Of a stretch of DNA of 64,000 bases, positions 60,878 through 64,000 are shown one piece after another. The stretch covers positions 4,832,001 to 4,896,000 of the forward strand of contig CAVTTN010000002.1 in the NCBI GenBank assembly GCA_963737655.1, given 5' to 3'. The notes beneath the pieces were generated by a model that was given only the letters and a program-made list of their open reading frames with translations, was not told where the DNA came from and ran no database searches. Every line of letters starts with the position of its first letter. The stretch's first letter is position 1. Source of the DNA: an uncultured Planctomycetota bacterium. Its GTDB lineage: Bacteria > Planctomycetota > Planctomycetia > Isosphaerales > Isosphaeraceae. Position numbers and translations under genes: made by a program.

Positions 60878-61097
60878 GTAGGCCCGACCGAATTCGGGTT
60901 CATTTTGAGCGCGTTATAACGGCGGTCTTCGTAGGGTCCGCTCTTGCGGACCTCTTCGAGTCAAAGGGAGATTGAAAAGGCCCGCAAGAGCGGACCCTAC
61001 GAAGACCGGGCCGGGTGGCATGCTTACGTCTTCGTAAGCATGGATTCGGTCGAGTTCGAACCGCAGACATGCTTACGATGACGTAAGCATGTCACTC
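60878..61097. repeat. Cluster of three REP-like families (degenerate RAYT-type REP, GTCCGC doublet, CATGCTTACG doublet)
   Basis: 60878-60901; 60924-61007; 61013-61097. Confidence 0.8.
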
Positions 61098-62124
61098 GAG
61101 TCTTGACCCTTAAGGGATCACTCGACGGCCCCCGGGGCCTGCGACCCTGGGGGGTCCGGGACTTCCGGGAAATCCACGGAAGAAAATCGGGTTGGGCGGT
61201 GTCTGCGGGCGGCTTGCGAGCGGCAATGCGCCGATGTTTTGAGATTTGCGAATTTACATTCCATTAACTTGAACTATTGCACAAGTTTCATTTTCTATAG
61301 AAAATCGCAATCGCTGTTTTGTCAGAAGTTGACTACACTTTTCCCCGAAAAACGCGCCAAAGGGCTTTTTTCGTAGGGTTTTCGGGCGCGCAGTCACTGT
61401 TGCCGAGCCATGTTTTCTGATTTGAGAATCCGTTCGGTTTTGACCCGCAACGATCGACTTATAAGAGACTTGTGTCGATCGAATTTTTGAGCTTCACCGC
61501 CGACTTTTGCCGGAAATGGTGGATCGCTCGGGGGTGCGCGTGAGGGGTCGTTCGGAAGGGGCGGTGGGCGTGGTGGCGGGATTGGGTGATCGGGGGTGGG
61601 GGCGGCCCTCGATGATGGGATCACGGGGGCGGCGGCGTTGGGGCTCGGGTCCGATTTGCGAGGGGGAGGGTGGCCGTGATCGATGGGGATGGATCGGGTC
61701 GGGATGTCGGCTCGGGGGCCGGGGCGACATCCTCTTGGGGCCGGGCCAGTCCCGGAACCATTCGCGATATTTTATAATCTCGATGTGATTCGGGCCATTC
61801 GGATCAAGGACGTCGAGAGAGAACTTTTCCATGATTGCTTGAAGGATCTCACGACCTTCGACTTATTTGGCCCGGATTGCCGGATTGCCGCGGTCTTCCG
61901 AAATCGTCCCTTTCTTGTGAGGCGTGAGGGTCCTGGCTTTCCCAAGGCGAGCCGCGGGCGTCCTTTGCGACGATTTCTCGATCCGGGAGGGGTCTCGGGG
62001 TCCGTCTGGTGTTGGCAGTGGCTGGACGGCGACGGTCCGATCGGTTGGAATGAGGCCGCGATCGACCCGGGTTCGTGGCGAACGAGCGGGGCGGGGTCTT
62101 GCCGATCCGCCGGGAGAGGGTGAC

Positions 62125-63821
62125 GTGGCCTCCGAGAACCTTCCCGCCCTCTTCCGGGCGACCTGCGATCGCCTCGGCCCTCGGGCGGCGGTTCGGTTCC
62201 GGCGCGATGGCCTGTATCGTGACCTTTCCTGGGACGATTACCGCCGACGGGTGGATGAGGCGGCGGCGGGCCTGGTGGCCCTGGGGGTGAAGCCCGGGGA
62301 TCGGGTGGCGATCCTTTCGGAGAACCGGGTCGAGTGGCTGGAGGCCGATCTGGCGGTGCTCTCGGCCGGGGCGGTGGGCGTCCCCTTGCATGCCCCGCTG
62401 TCCGCCGGGCAGGTCGCCTATCAGGTGGCCCATAGCGGGGCCGTCGGGGCGATCGTGAGCGGGCCGGGTCAGGCGGCGAAGGTCCTGGAGGCGAGGGATC
62501 AGGCCCCGGAGCTCCGCTGGATCGTCGCGTTCGACGCGATCGGGGCGGGCGATCCGGGGATTCGCGCCCTTTCGTGGCTCGGATTGGGCGGCGAAGGCCG
62601 GCGGGCGGGGCCGGCGGCGAGGTTGGACGTGGATCGGAGGATCTCGGCGCTCTCTCGCGGCGACCTGGCCTCGATCCTCTATACGAGCGGCACCACCGGC
62701 CCTCCCAAGGGCGTGATGCTGTCTCATGGGAACTTCCTCTCGAACGCCGAGACCACGGCGGTCATCTCCGGGTCGGTGCCGACCGACGTGGTGTTGAGCT
62801 GGCTGCCCTATAGCCATGTTTATGCCCGCACGTGCGACCTCTACGTGTTCCTGGTGGATGGTGCCACGCTGGCCCTGGCCGAGTCGGTCGATGCCCTGAT
62901 GGTCCATCTGGCCGAGGTCCAGCCGTCGTGCATGTCGTCGGTGCCGAGGTTCTATGAGAAGGTCTGGGGCAACCTCCAGGGGGTCCCCGAGGCGGCCCGG
63001 CCGAGGGCGCTTTGGGGGATTTTCGGGCCGAATGTCCGCCATTTCTCCTCGGGGGCGCCCCGTTGCCGAGGCCGGTGGCCGAGGGGTTCCACGCCTGCGG
63101 GATGACCTTGATGGAAGGCTACGGGATGACCGAGTCGTCGCCCGTGATCAGCTTCAACACGCCGGGGGCCGTGAAGGTGGGCTCGGTCGGCCGGCCGATC
63201 CCGGGCGTGGAGGTCCGGATCGCCGAGGATGGCGAGATCCTCACCCGGGGGCCTCACGTGATGATGGGTTACTGGCGAGATCCCGACGCCACGGCGAGGA
63301 CGATCGTCGACGGCTGGCTGCACACCGGGGACGTGGGCCATCTGGATCCCGACGGCTACCTGTTCATCACCGATCGCAAGAAGGACATCCTCATCACCTC
63401 GGGCGGCAAGAACGTCGCCCCGAGCGAGCTGGAACGGCTGATCGTGGCCGATCCGACGTTCGATCAGGCGGTGGTCTTCGGGGACGGCCGGCCGTTCGTC
63501 GGGGCGCTGGTCGTGCCGACGGCCGAGGCGATGGAGGCCGAAGCGGCCCGCCTCGGCGCCCCCCTCGATCGTGACGGCGAATTCCTCGCCCCGGGGCCGA
63601 TCGTCGATGCCTTCTTCGCCCGGGTCTCGACGGCGATGCAGGCCGTGAGCGGGCCGGAGCGGGTGAAGGCGATCCTCGTCCTCGGGCGGCCCCTGAGCGT
63701 CGATCGCGAGGAGGTCACGGCCACGCTCAAGGTCCGCCGGCGGCACGTCCTGGCCGAATTCGCCGACCGGATCGAGGCGCTTTACCAGAGCAAGGCCGCC
63801 TCTGCGGCCCTGGACGTCTAG
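62125..63821 (+). CDS. Long-chain fatty acid-CoA ligase (AMP-binding); frameshift near 63055
   Basis: YTSGTTGPPKG, LPYSH, SGGAPL reconstituted across the shift, EGYGMTE, WLHTGD, DRKKD. Confidence 0.9.
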
Positions 63822-63933
63822 CCTCCGCGTTTCGGTCTCCCTCGTCCGCGCCATCCTTGACGATGGCCCCGCCGTCCCTACAAGATAGGCAGCCAAATCG
63901 GCGGACGTTGCGGCGTTTCGGGAACTCTCTTCC

Positions 63934-64000
63934 ATGCGCGTTTTCCTGACGGGCGGGACCGGGCTGATCGGTCGGCGGATCACCTCGGAATTGATCGGGA
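63934..64000 (+). CDS. NAD-dependent epimerase/oxidoreductase, N-terminal fragment
   Basis: MRVFLTGGTGLIGRRI Rossmann motif; truncated by window end. Confidence 0.7.
   Translation, partial: MRVFLTGGTGLIGRRITSELIG

Noticed and set aside
61494..61920. Short ORFs upstream of the acyl-CoA ligase
   Set aside because: Low complexity and poor codon bias; at most a decayed gene fragment.
1..64000. tRNA/rRNA genes, including selC, and an integron integrase
   Set aside because: None recognised in this window; Sec machinery and intI must be sought elsewhere in the genome.

Overview
GC-rich bacterial window, most likely a planctomycete of the Isosphaeraceae type (inferred from DUF1559 prepilin, PEP-CTERM and large Ser/Thr kinase-TPR/WD40 genes). 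Housekeeping content: phosphohexomutase, ftsH, trxB, a cobalamin biosynthesis cluster (21.0-37.6 kb), a fatty-acid beta-oxidation cluster (39.6-48.4 kb) and an ArsR/SRPBCC unit. Main discoveries: (1) an integrase-less integron cassette array with three 100-bp attC sites. Its first GTTAGGC core site is split at the AG dinucleotide by an IS110 element, and the IS left end contains readable target and donor guide segments of a bridge RNA that match the integron core site and the IS's own ends. (2) Two candidate selenoproteins hidden by in-frame UGA codons, each with a SECIS-like hairpin whose GGU loop starts 18 nt after the UGA: an orphan 149-aa protein (8986-9435) and a probably exported EF-hand/deiodinase-like/AhpD fusion with CxxU whose Cys paralog lies in the same operon. 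(3) A RAYT transposase with cognate REPs and several other palindromic repeat families, one embedded in-frame in a cobJ-cobH fusion. Many genes carry single-base frameshifts, probably assembly errors. All product calls come from motif recognition by eye; no database searches were run.
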